From: Candidatus Brocadiia bacterium
GTDB lineage: Bacteria; Planctomycetota; Brocadiia; CAIUPP01
Reading direction: 5' to 3'
Assembly: GCA_050015075.1 (NCBI GenBank)
Contig: JBEKCB010000017.1
Location: 1 to 64,000 of the forward strand
Length of the DNA stretch: 64,000 nt
Shown here: positions 19,147 through 26,921 of the stretch, one piece after another
Layout of the letters: each line of letters opens with the position of its first letter
Position numbering within the stretch: the first letter of the stretch is position 1
Program-made: the position numbers and the translations under genes
The notes under the pieces: model-generated
What the model saw: only the letters and a program-made list of their open reading frames with translations
Databases searched by the model: none
What the model was told of the DNA's origin: nothing

Positions 19147-20880
19147 ATGGCTGAAATCTCCATTGGCGACAAGCTGGACGGCAAGTATGTCATCACACGC
19201 AGGCTGGGGGCCGGTGGGTTTGGAGAGGTGTTTCTCGCCAACGACGAGGAAGTTCCGAACCGGCAAGTTGCCATCAAGATGCTCTCGCAGCCGAAAGAGG
19301 GCGACCACAGCGCGCTCAAGTGGGAAATGCAGGCGCTGGCAGAGTTCAACCATCCGCACGTAGTCACGTTTTACCACCACTTCACACATGAGGACCGCTT
19401 GTGTCTGGTCATGGAGTTTTGCGCAGGCGGGAGTCTCCATGATCGGCTGACCGCTGCGGGGCAGTTTTCTGAAGAACAGGCCCTCGCCTGGGGGTTGGAA
19501 CTGTGCGAGACCCTCGCTTTTGTCCACGGGAAGCGCATCGTTCACCACGACATCAAGCCGATGAACATCCTCTTCACGGCGGATGGGACGGTCAAGTTTG
19601 GGGACTTCGGCGTTGCGAATACCCGTGTCGGCACCCTCCCGTACATGCCGCCGGAAATGCTCCTGGGGGAACGCGTTTCGCGCACTGATCCACGAGTGGA
19701 TATCTATGCCCTGGGGTTGACGTTGCTCGAACTGATTACGGGTCGGAATCCCTTCGAGCGTTTTGAACTGAACGAGGCCATTCAGGCCCGGGTGAGGCAT
19801 GATTTCGTTTCGACGGGCATGTCCCGGTGGGTGCAGGAAATTCTGTTGAAGGCGACCCATCCGACGCCGGAATTGCGCTTTCAGACGGCGGAGGATTTTG
19901 CTGAGGCGATCCGGGGCCGGCACGTTTCGTATGTTTTCGATGGTAACCGCATCAAGGCAGACGCGCTGGCCAGGAAGGTTGAGACTGCCCTCGCGCGGAG
20001 GAAGTGGAGGACCGCCGAAAAGCTGGCAAAGTACGCGCTGGACCTGAGTCCCGACTGCGTTGCGGCATTGCTGGCGGCAGGCCGGTGCCAACTACTGCTG
20101 CGCCGAATTGACCGCGCCAGCGAGTGTTTCTCCAAGGCTCTGGCGATTAGCCCGCGAACCCCGGTTCAGAAAGAACTCGGATGGATAAACATGGAGCAAG
20201 GTCGGCTGCCAACGGCTATCTCCATGTTGACGGATCATTTGCAGAGGAATGCCTCCGACTACGAGGCGTACAACCTGCTCCTGAAGTGCTTCTACCTGAC
20301 GGACCGGTATGAGGCGGCAGAATCGCTCGCCGGCACGATGATCGCGGAGAAAGCCCCGAATACGTGCTTCCGCGCCAATCAAATCCTCTTTCAGCTTTTG
20401 AATGGGGAAGACCCATCCGGGGGCAAAGTCAATAGCCGCGATGAGACGAATCCCTTCATCGCCTACAATCTCATGGTCGCAACTGAAAAACCGCCAGCGT
20501 GGGGAGAGAACAAACCGTCTCTCAAGTCGAAACTGCTTTTCGAGGAGTACCGATTCGGGAAAGCAAACCCTACCGGGAGACGGAACACTCTCGTCGCCTA
20601 CAGCCCCGACGGTCCCCACACGGACTTCAAGCAGTCCATCGTGACGATTGGTTCCCTGCCTGGGAATGATATCGTTATCCACGATCAGAGTGTGAGCCGT
20701 CGTCACTGCGTCATTGTGAACTATCTTGACGACGTGTGGCTCTATGACTTGGGGAGCACAATCGGAACGAAGGTTGATAAAGTGCGCCTTACGGGGCAAA
20801 TGCTTCTCGACGGTGTGCATACGGTAGAGGTCGGGGGCGTGTGCCTCAGAATTTCTGCGAGTCACGACTTGTTGATCTGA
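19147..20880 (+). CDS. Hanks-type Ser/Thr kinase with TPR repeats and C-terminal FHA domain
   Basis: LGAGGFGEV, VAIK, HHDIKPMN, DFG, GTLPYMPPE; helical TPR region; IG...NDI...VSRRHC...DLGSTIGT (FHA). Confidence 0.92.
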   Translation: MAEISIGDKLDGKYVITRRLGAGGFGEVFLANDEEVPNRQVAIKMLSQPKEGDHSALKWEMQALAEFNHPHVVTFYHHFTHEDRLCLVMEFCAGGSLHDRLTAAGQFSEEQALAWGLELCETLAFVHGKRIVHHDIKPMNILFTADGTVKFGDFGVANTRVGTLPYMPPEMLLGERVSRTDPRVDIYALGLTLLELITGRNPFERFELNEAIQARVRHDFVSTGMSRWVQEILLKATHPTPELRFQTAEDFAEAIRGRHVSYVFDGNRIKADALARKVETALARRKWRTAEKLAKYALDLSPDCVAALLAAGRCQLLLRRIDRASECFSKALAISPRTPVQKELGWINMEQGRLPTAISMLTDHLQRNASDYEAYNLLLKCFYLTDRYEAAESLAGTMIAEKAPNTCFRANQILFQLLNGEDPSGGKVNSRDETNPFIAYNLMVATEKPPAWGENKPSLKSKLLFEEYRFGKANPTGRRNTLVAYSPDGPHTDFKQSIVTIGSLPGNDIVIHDQSVSRRHCVIVNYLDDVWLYDLGSTIGTKVDKVRLTGQMLLDGVHTVEVGGVCLRISASHDLLI

Positions 20881-20935
20881 GTGCATTCAGTCGGTGCCGG
20901 AACCCCGACGCGAGAGGTTGCATGGAGAGAGCAAC

Positions 20936-22654
20936 ATGACCGATGCTGACAAGATCGAGGCGAGTCTGACTAATTTTCGCGCGGCACTGCCGGACCTTCT
21001 TAGCCATGCCTTGGTGCGGGACCGCTTTCGGGAAAAGGTCGTTGCCTTCTGCAAACCAGAAGCCGAGGCGGACCTCCGCAAATCTGTTCCCGTCAGAAAA
21101 TACACAGATGAAGAGGGGGAACATTTCGTCTGGGAAGGCGGGTGGGCACGCCGGACGCCGCTCGGACGGCTGATAGTGGAAGGCCCCAAAAGCCTCGACG
21201 CGGCTTATGTTCTTCTCGCCTTGATTCATGACAGCGGGTCGCACGTCGTCCCCGTGGGCCACGCAGCCCCGGATGATTGGTGGACCTATTCCTCGGTGGA
21301 CTCCGCGCTAACGCCGCTTGACCTGTTCATGGCCCGCGAGTGGACGAATACATTGAAGTGGAGCATGCACGAAGTGACGCCGGAAGCCGTTGACAAGCTG
21401 TCCGGTTGGTGGAAAACGGCTGAAGCCGAATGCGCGGCGCTTCAAGGGGAGCCAGCAAAATCTGCCCCTGTCCCTCCGACGCTCGAAGGCGCGCAAGAGA
21501 AGGGCGTGGCGCTGGCAGAACCGCCTCCTGCCTTTAATGGCGAGGTTGCGAACGCGATGCGCGACATGGAACCCGCCAAGAATGCATACAACGTGGCTGT
21601 GGCCGCTCGATTCCTGCTTGAGACCCGGTACGTTGACAGGGAGCGCCGCCTTATATGGCTCTGCAAGCGCGATGCTGCGGAGCTTGGCGTCGGCGAAGAC
21701 AAACTGGCCCGACTTGCAGCCAACGCGCCTGAGGAAGACGGGCGGAAGGGACTCACGGCGAACCGCTTTGCGGAGTTGGTGGGGCTTCAATTGCGGGGAC
21801 TGGGTGCTGAACTTCCGTTAGACTGGTTATTCATGGGGCGAAAGACTGACACACCGCACGCTTTTATGGAGTTTGTGGAGGCCTTGAAGCGCGCGCTTCG
21901 GGCTGTGATTGACGGATACGCGATGGCGAGGAAGCCGGACGCGCCAGCGATCCCGGCCACAGCGGAGCAACCGGACGCTCCTGCCGGCGGCCCTGTTCAC
22001 GCGGCGGCCCCGGGTGAGGCAGCGAAAACGACAATGGACCCTGTTGCCGATGCCTTCAAGGTGTCCGATGACATCATTCAGGCTCATGCGGCTAATGCGC
22101 TTCGCAGCATTGCCCCTAAAGCACAACTCGCCTCGATAGCTACCCTGCTGCCGAGGCTTCCTGGCACCCCGGCTTTAGCGAAAATACTGGAAGACGGCAA
22201 GAATCTGAACCCGAAAGCCGCGGATTTCTGCCAGGGGTATAGGGCTTGGCACAGAGACGCGAGAGGTGCTCTGGAACGCGCTTACCAGGCGGTCTGTGGC
22301 GACACACTGAACGCATTGGCGAAACAGACGCTCGAAGTATTCAACCGCTTTCTGGACCCGCCAGACCCGGAGGGAGCCATCAGGTACATCGAGAGCTTGC
22401 TCAGCGAAGGCGCAGGAGCAGCGAAGACTCCAGGCGGCGCGGCGCAGTCCGACAAGGCGAGCGTGCAGGGGGCGCAGCATGAGCCGCCGCCGGAGGGCGT
22501 CTGGCAAGCTTTGTTTGGTTGGGTGTGGCGCTTCCCGCCTTGGCTTAAGTGGCCGATCATCATACTTACAGCAATTGTGCTGGTACTGTTTGCCCTTTGT
22601 GTGGCACTACCGGATGCGACCAAGCAAAGACTTCTTGATTGGATTATGAAGTGA
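20936..22654 (+). CDS. Hypothetical protein with C-terminal transmembrane helix
   Basis: Long ORF with GGAG RBS; hydrophobic IIILTAIVLVLFALCVAL near the C-terminus. Confidence 0.7.
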   Translation: MTDADKIEASLTNFRAALPDLLSHALVRDRFREKVVAFCKPEAEADLRKSVPVRKYTDEEGEHFVWEGGWARRTPLGRLIVEGPKSLDAAYVLLALIHDSGSHVVPVGHAAPDDWWTYSSVDSALTPLDLFMAREWTNTLKWSMHEVTPEAVDKLSGWWKTAEAECAALQGEPAKSAPVPPTLEGAQEKGVALAEPPPAFNGEVANAMRDMEPAKNAYNVAVAARFLLETRYVDRERRLIWLCKRDAAELGVGEDKLARLAANAPEEDGRKGLTANRFAELVGLQLRGLGAELPLDWLFMGRKTDTPHAFMEFVEALKRALRAVIDGYAMARKPDAPAIPATAEQPDAPAGGPVHAAAPGEAAKTTMDPVADAFKVSDDIIQAHAANALRSIAPKAQLASIATLLPRLPGTPALAKILEDGKNLNPKAADFCQGYRAWHRDARGALERAYQAVCGDTLNALAKQTLEVFNRFLDPPDPEGAIRYIESLLSEGAGAAKTPGGAAQSDKASVQGAQHEPPPEGVWQALFGWVWRFPPWLKWPIIILTAIVLVLFALCVALPDATKQRLLDWIMK

Positions 22655-22771
22655 TATACGGCCCATTCCGCATGTCAGTAGCGCATGGTATAAGCCCATG
22701 GCACGGCGCGGCAACGGTTGGCCGCCGGGGGCGTGCTCGCACGGTCTCCTGTCCCCTTCTCTGAAGTGCTG

Positions 22772-22800
22772 TTGACGCAACTCAGCCGCAGGTATAGAGT
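22772..22800 (+). promoter_or_regulatory. Putative sigma70 promoter
   Basis: TTGACG-17 bp-TAGAGT upstream of two small genes. Confidence 0.5.
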
Positions 22801-22866
22801 CGGACGAGGATTCAGCGCGCGGATGGGCTTACGGCACAATCAGGTGAAAGGTACGGGAGAATAGGC

Positions 22867-23043
22867 GTGAAGAACGTGGACATGAAGGTCGAGGGCAACA
22901 TCCTGACGATCAAGGTGGACCTGACCAAGGAGTTCGGCCCATCGTCCTCCGGCAAGACAATCATTATCGCCTCCACCGAGGGGAACGTCAGCGTTGTCGA
23001 CCGTGAGGAGAAACTCGGACTGAACGTGTATCGGAAGAAGTGA
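22867..23043 (+). CDS. Small conserved hypothetical protein (58 aa, missing from ORF track)
   Basis: GGGAG RBS, GTG start; MKNVDMKVEGNILTIKVDLTKEFGPSSSGKTIIIASTEGNVSVVDREEKLGLNVYRKK. Confidence 0.85.
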   Translation: MKNVDMKVEGNILTIKVDLTKEFGPSSSGKTIIIASTEGNVSVVDREEKLGLNVYRKK

Positions 23044-23106
23044 GTCATGTGTCGTGGTTAGCCGTTGGCCGGACGCTGAGGACCGAAGATCAGGAAGGTC
23101 GCCATC

Positions 23107-23274
23107 GTGTTGAGATACATCGTTGGGGCTGTCATAGGAGGTGCGATTGGCGGCCTCATCGGGCACTTCACAAAGTGTGCAGGACTTGGCTGACCGCTCA
23201 TCGCCAGCCCCTGGTCAGGGGCTATTGCAGGCGCAGTGCTGGGAATCATAGTGGCCGGGGCCATTCCGAAATAG
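23107..23274 (+). CDS. DUF6132-like small membrane protein, candidate selenoprotein (UGA at 23191-23193)
   Basis: AGGAAGG RBS, GTG start; MLRYIVGAVIGGAIGGLIGHFTKCAGLG-U-PLIASPWSGAIAGAVLGIIVAGAIPK; two Gly-rich TM helices around C-x4-U-P. Confidence 0.75.
23206..23223 (+). promoter_or_regulatory. Putative bacterial SECIS hairpin
   Basis: Perfect stem AGCCCCT/AGGGGCT with a GGTC loop, starting after a 12-nt spacer from the UGA. Confidence 0.7.
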
Positions 23275-23320
23275 CGATCATTTCCCAGAGGGACTCTCGT
23301 TCCCTTGGCGAGCAAAAGCC

Positions 23321-24208
23321 ATGCCCCGTAGAGCCAAGACGAAAACGGCAAAGACGGACTTCTATCCGGAGGTCCAGTCGCTCCTGCATGGGGCATTCGG
23401 TGAGGACCTGATGGTGGGTCGAACGAACAGCAAAATGACGCGGGTCCAACCTGTGTTCGGGTGGTTGCAGGCCAACTGTACCCCGGGATGGCCGCAACTG
23501 TTGATCGGGTTGGCGCAGGGAATGGAGCACGTGCCTAGATGTGGCGCGGTCAGACGCGTAAAACTCGATCCTGAGGAGGCTATACCACCCACGCCTGCAC
23601 GTCTAGCCTGGATGCTTCACAACGCCGAACTCCTCGCACCGCATGACGGAAGGGAATGGCGGGAACTCAGGCAGCGCGTATCGGAGAACAAATCGGTATC
23701 GCGCGCACTCGCTCAACTGGACGTCGGACGGAGTGACCACCTGCCCCGCAAACTTGTTCTAGAAGGCAAGACCCACGCAGACTGCCTAATCGAATGTGAG
23801 GAGGCTTTGATCTGGATCGAGGGCAAGCGATTCGACTGGCTCTCCCCGTCGATCAAGTGGGATGTGACGCGCGACCAACTCGCGCGCAACCTCGAAGCCG
23901 TCTGGTCACTCGCCATCAACGCCAACAAGGACTACTGCCTGATCATCTGCCACGAACACCCCTTGAAGCACCACGAGAAACTCCTGGTGGAAGGCTACCG
24001 GTCCGGCACATGGACAGGCGGTTGGCCGCACATTCCCGAAAACCTCCGGCGTGAGTTTGGCAAGCGGATCGGCACCGCCACCTGGCAGGCCATCACCGAC
24101 GCTTGGCCGTCGCTTCGCGAGTTGTCGGCACTGGGTGACCTCGAATCAGCTTACTGCTCGACAGAGAGAATGACTGAACAGAGGCATCGGGACAGAAGGA
24201 GCTGTTGA
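23321..24208 (+). CDS. Putative restriction-endonuclease-fold protein (PD-(D/E)xK)
   Basis: LEGKTHADCLIE...IWIEGK...RDQLARN and terminal IGTATW pattern. Confidence 0.6.
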   Translation: MPRRAKTKTAKTDFYPEVQSLLHGAFGEDLMVGRTNSKMTRVQPVFGWLQANCTPGWPQLLIGLAQGMEHVPRCGAVRRVKLDPEEAIPPTPARLAWMLHNAELLAPHDGREWRELRQRVSENKSVSRALAQLDVGRSDHLPRKLVLEGKTHADCLIECEEALIWIEGKRFDWLSPSIKWDVTRDQLARNLEAVWSLAINANKDYCLIICHEHPLKHHEKLLVEGYRSGTWTGGWPHIPENLRREFGKRIGTATWQAITDAWPSLRELSALGDLESAYCSTERMTEQRHRDRRSC

Positions 24209-24897
24209 TGAAGGCACTGATCATCAACGTGGCTGCCAATTCGGCCATGCCTCAAATCGGCGGACCTGGTCCGGTATTTGATGATCGGACGTTTCGTTAC
24301 AAACCGATCCCCGAAGGTGACGACGTCAGTCGCGGCCCGACGTATCGTTCTCTTGGGTTGACTGACTATGTGCCGGACCCTAACATGACGGCCCATTATG
24401 ACCCGGAGTTCGGCGGACCGACCTATGGGGACTACCTCGGCAACAAGCCCAACCTCAGGAGAATCGGAACCGGCGACCTGCTGCTGTTCTTGGCGTCTCT
24501 TGATCATGTTCGCACCGGCGTTCGTAGGTTCTACTTCATCGGGTGGATATTGGTTGCAGCAGTACTCTCAGAAAATGATGCACGTAAAGATGCACGGTGC
24601 CAGCGGAATGCGCACATTCTGCGCCGGGACGATTACGGATTCTCCGTCTTCTTGGGCAAGGAAGGCCAATTGCTTCCGAAGGCCGTGGCGATCACGCGCA
24701 GCCTCGCAGCCGAAGCTTTTCTCCCGGACGGAAAGATGTGGACAATCCGCAACCCGCGCACAGGGCATGTCTTTCAGGACAATGAGCGCATCAACCACCT
24801 AACACGGTTTCCACGATTGGTATGCGATGAACGCAAGGTGGAGATCCTTCGCAACGAACTCATGAGACACGGCAATGCGTCGTCCAGTTGCCTTTGA
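24208..24897 (+). CDS. Nmad3-like (nucleotide modification-associated) protein
   Basis: GPVFDD-x-x-F-x-Y-x-PIPE, HYDPEF...TYGD, GDLLLF, YFIGW and NAH motifs; start overlaps the upstream stop. Confidence 0.75.
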   Translation: MKALIINVAANSAMPQIGGPGPVFDDRTFRYKPIPEGDDVSRGPTYRSLGLTDYVPDPNMTAHYDPEFGGPTYGDYLGNKPNLRRIGTGDLLLFLASLDHVRTGVRRFYFIGWILVAAVLSENDARKDARCQRNAHILRRDDYGFSVFLGKEGQLLPKAVAITRSLAAEAFLPDGKMWTIRNPRTGHVFQDNERINHLTRFPRLVCDERKVEILRNELMRHGNASSSCL

Positions 24898-24954
24898 CCT
24901 GTCGCATGGAGGGATGCGGATTCCTTATCGGGTCTGAAGGGTGAAGGGAAAAGC

Positions 24955-25698
24955 ATGAAATGCACGACAAAAGGCAAGGGTAGTCTATTGGCGCGACTCT
25001 TCGGGAAGCAAGCCACCGATGGGGAAGACTGTCCGCCCCCCGAAATCGGTAATATTGACCCAGATGCATACTCCAAAGCCTGTTTTCGGACGGGCGACTC
25101 CGGCCAGATTTTAACATATTGCAGTACCATGAGCAGTCCCCTGCCTGTGAGGGATATTACGAAAGACCATGCAGAAGAGTCGCACTGGAAGGAACCTGAG
25201 TGGGAGAGGCATCCTCCATCGTACATGCAGGAGTGCTGCTGCGAGGTCCGAGTCACGGAGCGAATGCAGAGGGAGAAACCGCGATTCGCCTTTTGGGTGA
25301 CGAACTTCGAACCGACAAGGCACATTCTCGTGGGCTATTATGTCGTTGATGGCAATAGCTTCCGGGATGTCCGCGACAAGTTCCCGCTGCAATGCGGCCG
25401 CCGCGGCAAAACATGCACAGATAGACGCCACTGCTGGTCGTATGCTGCCGCCACGGACACTAACGGCAGATACATGGCACACTTCGTCCGTGCAGACAAA
25501 GCAATCGCAGTCAACAAGAACTGGCTCAGTGAAATGCTCGCCTACGAATGCGTGCAGGTCAATAATCGTCAACTTAAATGGCTTCGAGTACCACCGAGGG
25601 CGTGCGCGGACATTGTTGCGGAGCTTAATAACTCGCCGAATGCGCTTCCTGAGTACCTTGCTGAGGAGCAACGTCTGCTTCACTTATTGGCCGGATAG
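24955..25698 (+). CDS. Hypothetical protein, possibly a distant Nmad2-like protein
   Basis: PVRDIT...KEPEWE...CC...R...FWVT...LVGYY pattern; Cys-rich. Confidence 0.5.
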   Translation: MKCTTKGKGSLLARLFGKQATDGEDCPPPEIGNIDPDAYSKACFRTGDSGQILTYCSTMSSPLPVRDITKDHAEESHWKEPEWERHPPSYMQECCCEVRVTERMQREKPRFAFWVTNFEPTRHILVGYYVVDGNSFRDVRDKFPLQCGRRGKTCTDRRHCWSYAAATDTNGRYMAHFVRADKAIAVNKNWLSEMLAYECVQVNNRQLKWLRVPPRACADIVAELNNSPNALPEYLAEEQRLLHLLAG

Positions 25699-25813
25699 GA
25701 CAATAACGGGCGAATGCTGAACGACCGTTATGTTACCTGCGTGCTGGTAAAGTGACAAATCCGAATTGCGCCGTAGTGCTCTTTTTCGACAGCACCAGCT
25801 TCAGGGAGTCTCA

Positions 25814-26842
25814 TTAGTCCGTTAATGGACTCCTGGCTACACGAGTCATCTCCATGATTGCTCTCGCAGCAAATTGCTCCTCGGACGCAATCATGGGCAC
25901 ATCGTGGCCCCCGAAGTTAACGAGCCGCGCCGCGCTGTTTCCTCGCCGAACCATAAGCCGGCCTAAATCCTTCCAGCCATCATATTGGAGGCGTCCGCAA
26001 ATCGCGCGTCGGAAGACATTCGTAACAACGTCTGCCAGTTGAAGGCCAGGACATGTAGCAGAATCGCCCAACCTAAAAGAGTCTTGCAGAATCTTACCAA
26101 TGTCGATGATGTCAATGGGTTTGTCTTCATTCACCGTTTGCCGAGGGGGCAGATGCTCGGGCCATTTGTCTATCCGCCTGCAGAATCTATCAAAATGGGT
26201 ATAGTCGCCTGCACCAACGCGGATTCGATCACTGACGGCGATCGAGAACTGCCGGGCCTGAATGAAAGGAGCGGCGAGCGTGTGGAAGAGATCCTCGTAG
26301 ACAGTCAGCGATGTGCCTTTTCGGTCAACAACCCAGTGGAATTCGCCGATTTCGGGTGGATCAAACAGCGCGTAATGAACAATTGCATCTTGGAGTTGCA
26401 TATCCACGACCTCAATCATGACAAGCATCTGAACGAAAAGCTGGTCTGGTAACGACCTCATTTTATTCTGAAGGGTGCGGACCCACTCTATGACTTCAGG
26501 GGTGTGTTTGCTCGTGATATGTGCCATGAGTCGGTCTGCCTGTTCACGTTTTCGTTCGGCAATAACGTTTGGCGTGTTATAGGCCATGTCAGTGACAGCG
26601 ACATGAAGCCGAGCTTTGCCAGCATAGAGTACGTCTACGATACTGGCGACCTCTGTTTCTTTCAACTTATTGCCTTTGACTTCTTGAGTGGTGTAGCCCC
26701 AAAGGCATTTGAGTTTATCGAACTCCTCGATAATCTGCCCGTGGGACCGGCCCGGAATCGTCAGTGCCCCTGCACAGCCATAGGAATGGCCGCCGCCGAT
26801 AGGATGTGCAAAAGCTCCTGATTCGTCGACATATATGAACAT
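25814..26842 (-). CDS. DUF3800 domain protein (RNase H-like)
   Basis: N-terminal FIYVDESG, EVKG, and GLQLADVV. Confidence 0.85.
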   Translation of the reverse strand: MFIYVDESGAFAHPIGGGHSYGCAGALTIPGRSHGQIIEEFDKLKCLWGYTTQEVKGNKLKETEVASIVDVLYAGKARLHVAVTDMAYNTPNVIAERKREQADRLMAHITSKHTPEVIEWVRTLQNKMRSLPDQLFVQMLVMIEVVDMQLQDAIVHYALFDPPEIGEFHWVVDRKGTSLTVYEDLFHTLAAPFIQARQFSIAVSDRIRVGAGDYTHFDRFCRRIDKWPEHLPPRQTVNEDKPIDIIDIGKILQDSFRLGDSATCPGLQLADVVTNVFRRAICGRLQYDGWKDLGRLMVRRGNSAARLVNFGGHDVPMIASEEQFAARAIMEMTRVARSPLTD

Positions 26843-26921
26843 GCGGAGCGCTCTTGATAAAAAGGGGCCGCCTCCTGCAAGCGGGTGGACACTAGGCACC
26901 GACACATTGCTGTCCTGTAGC

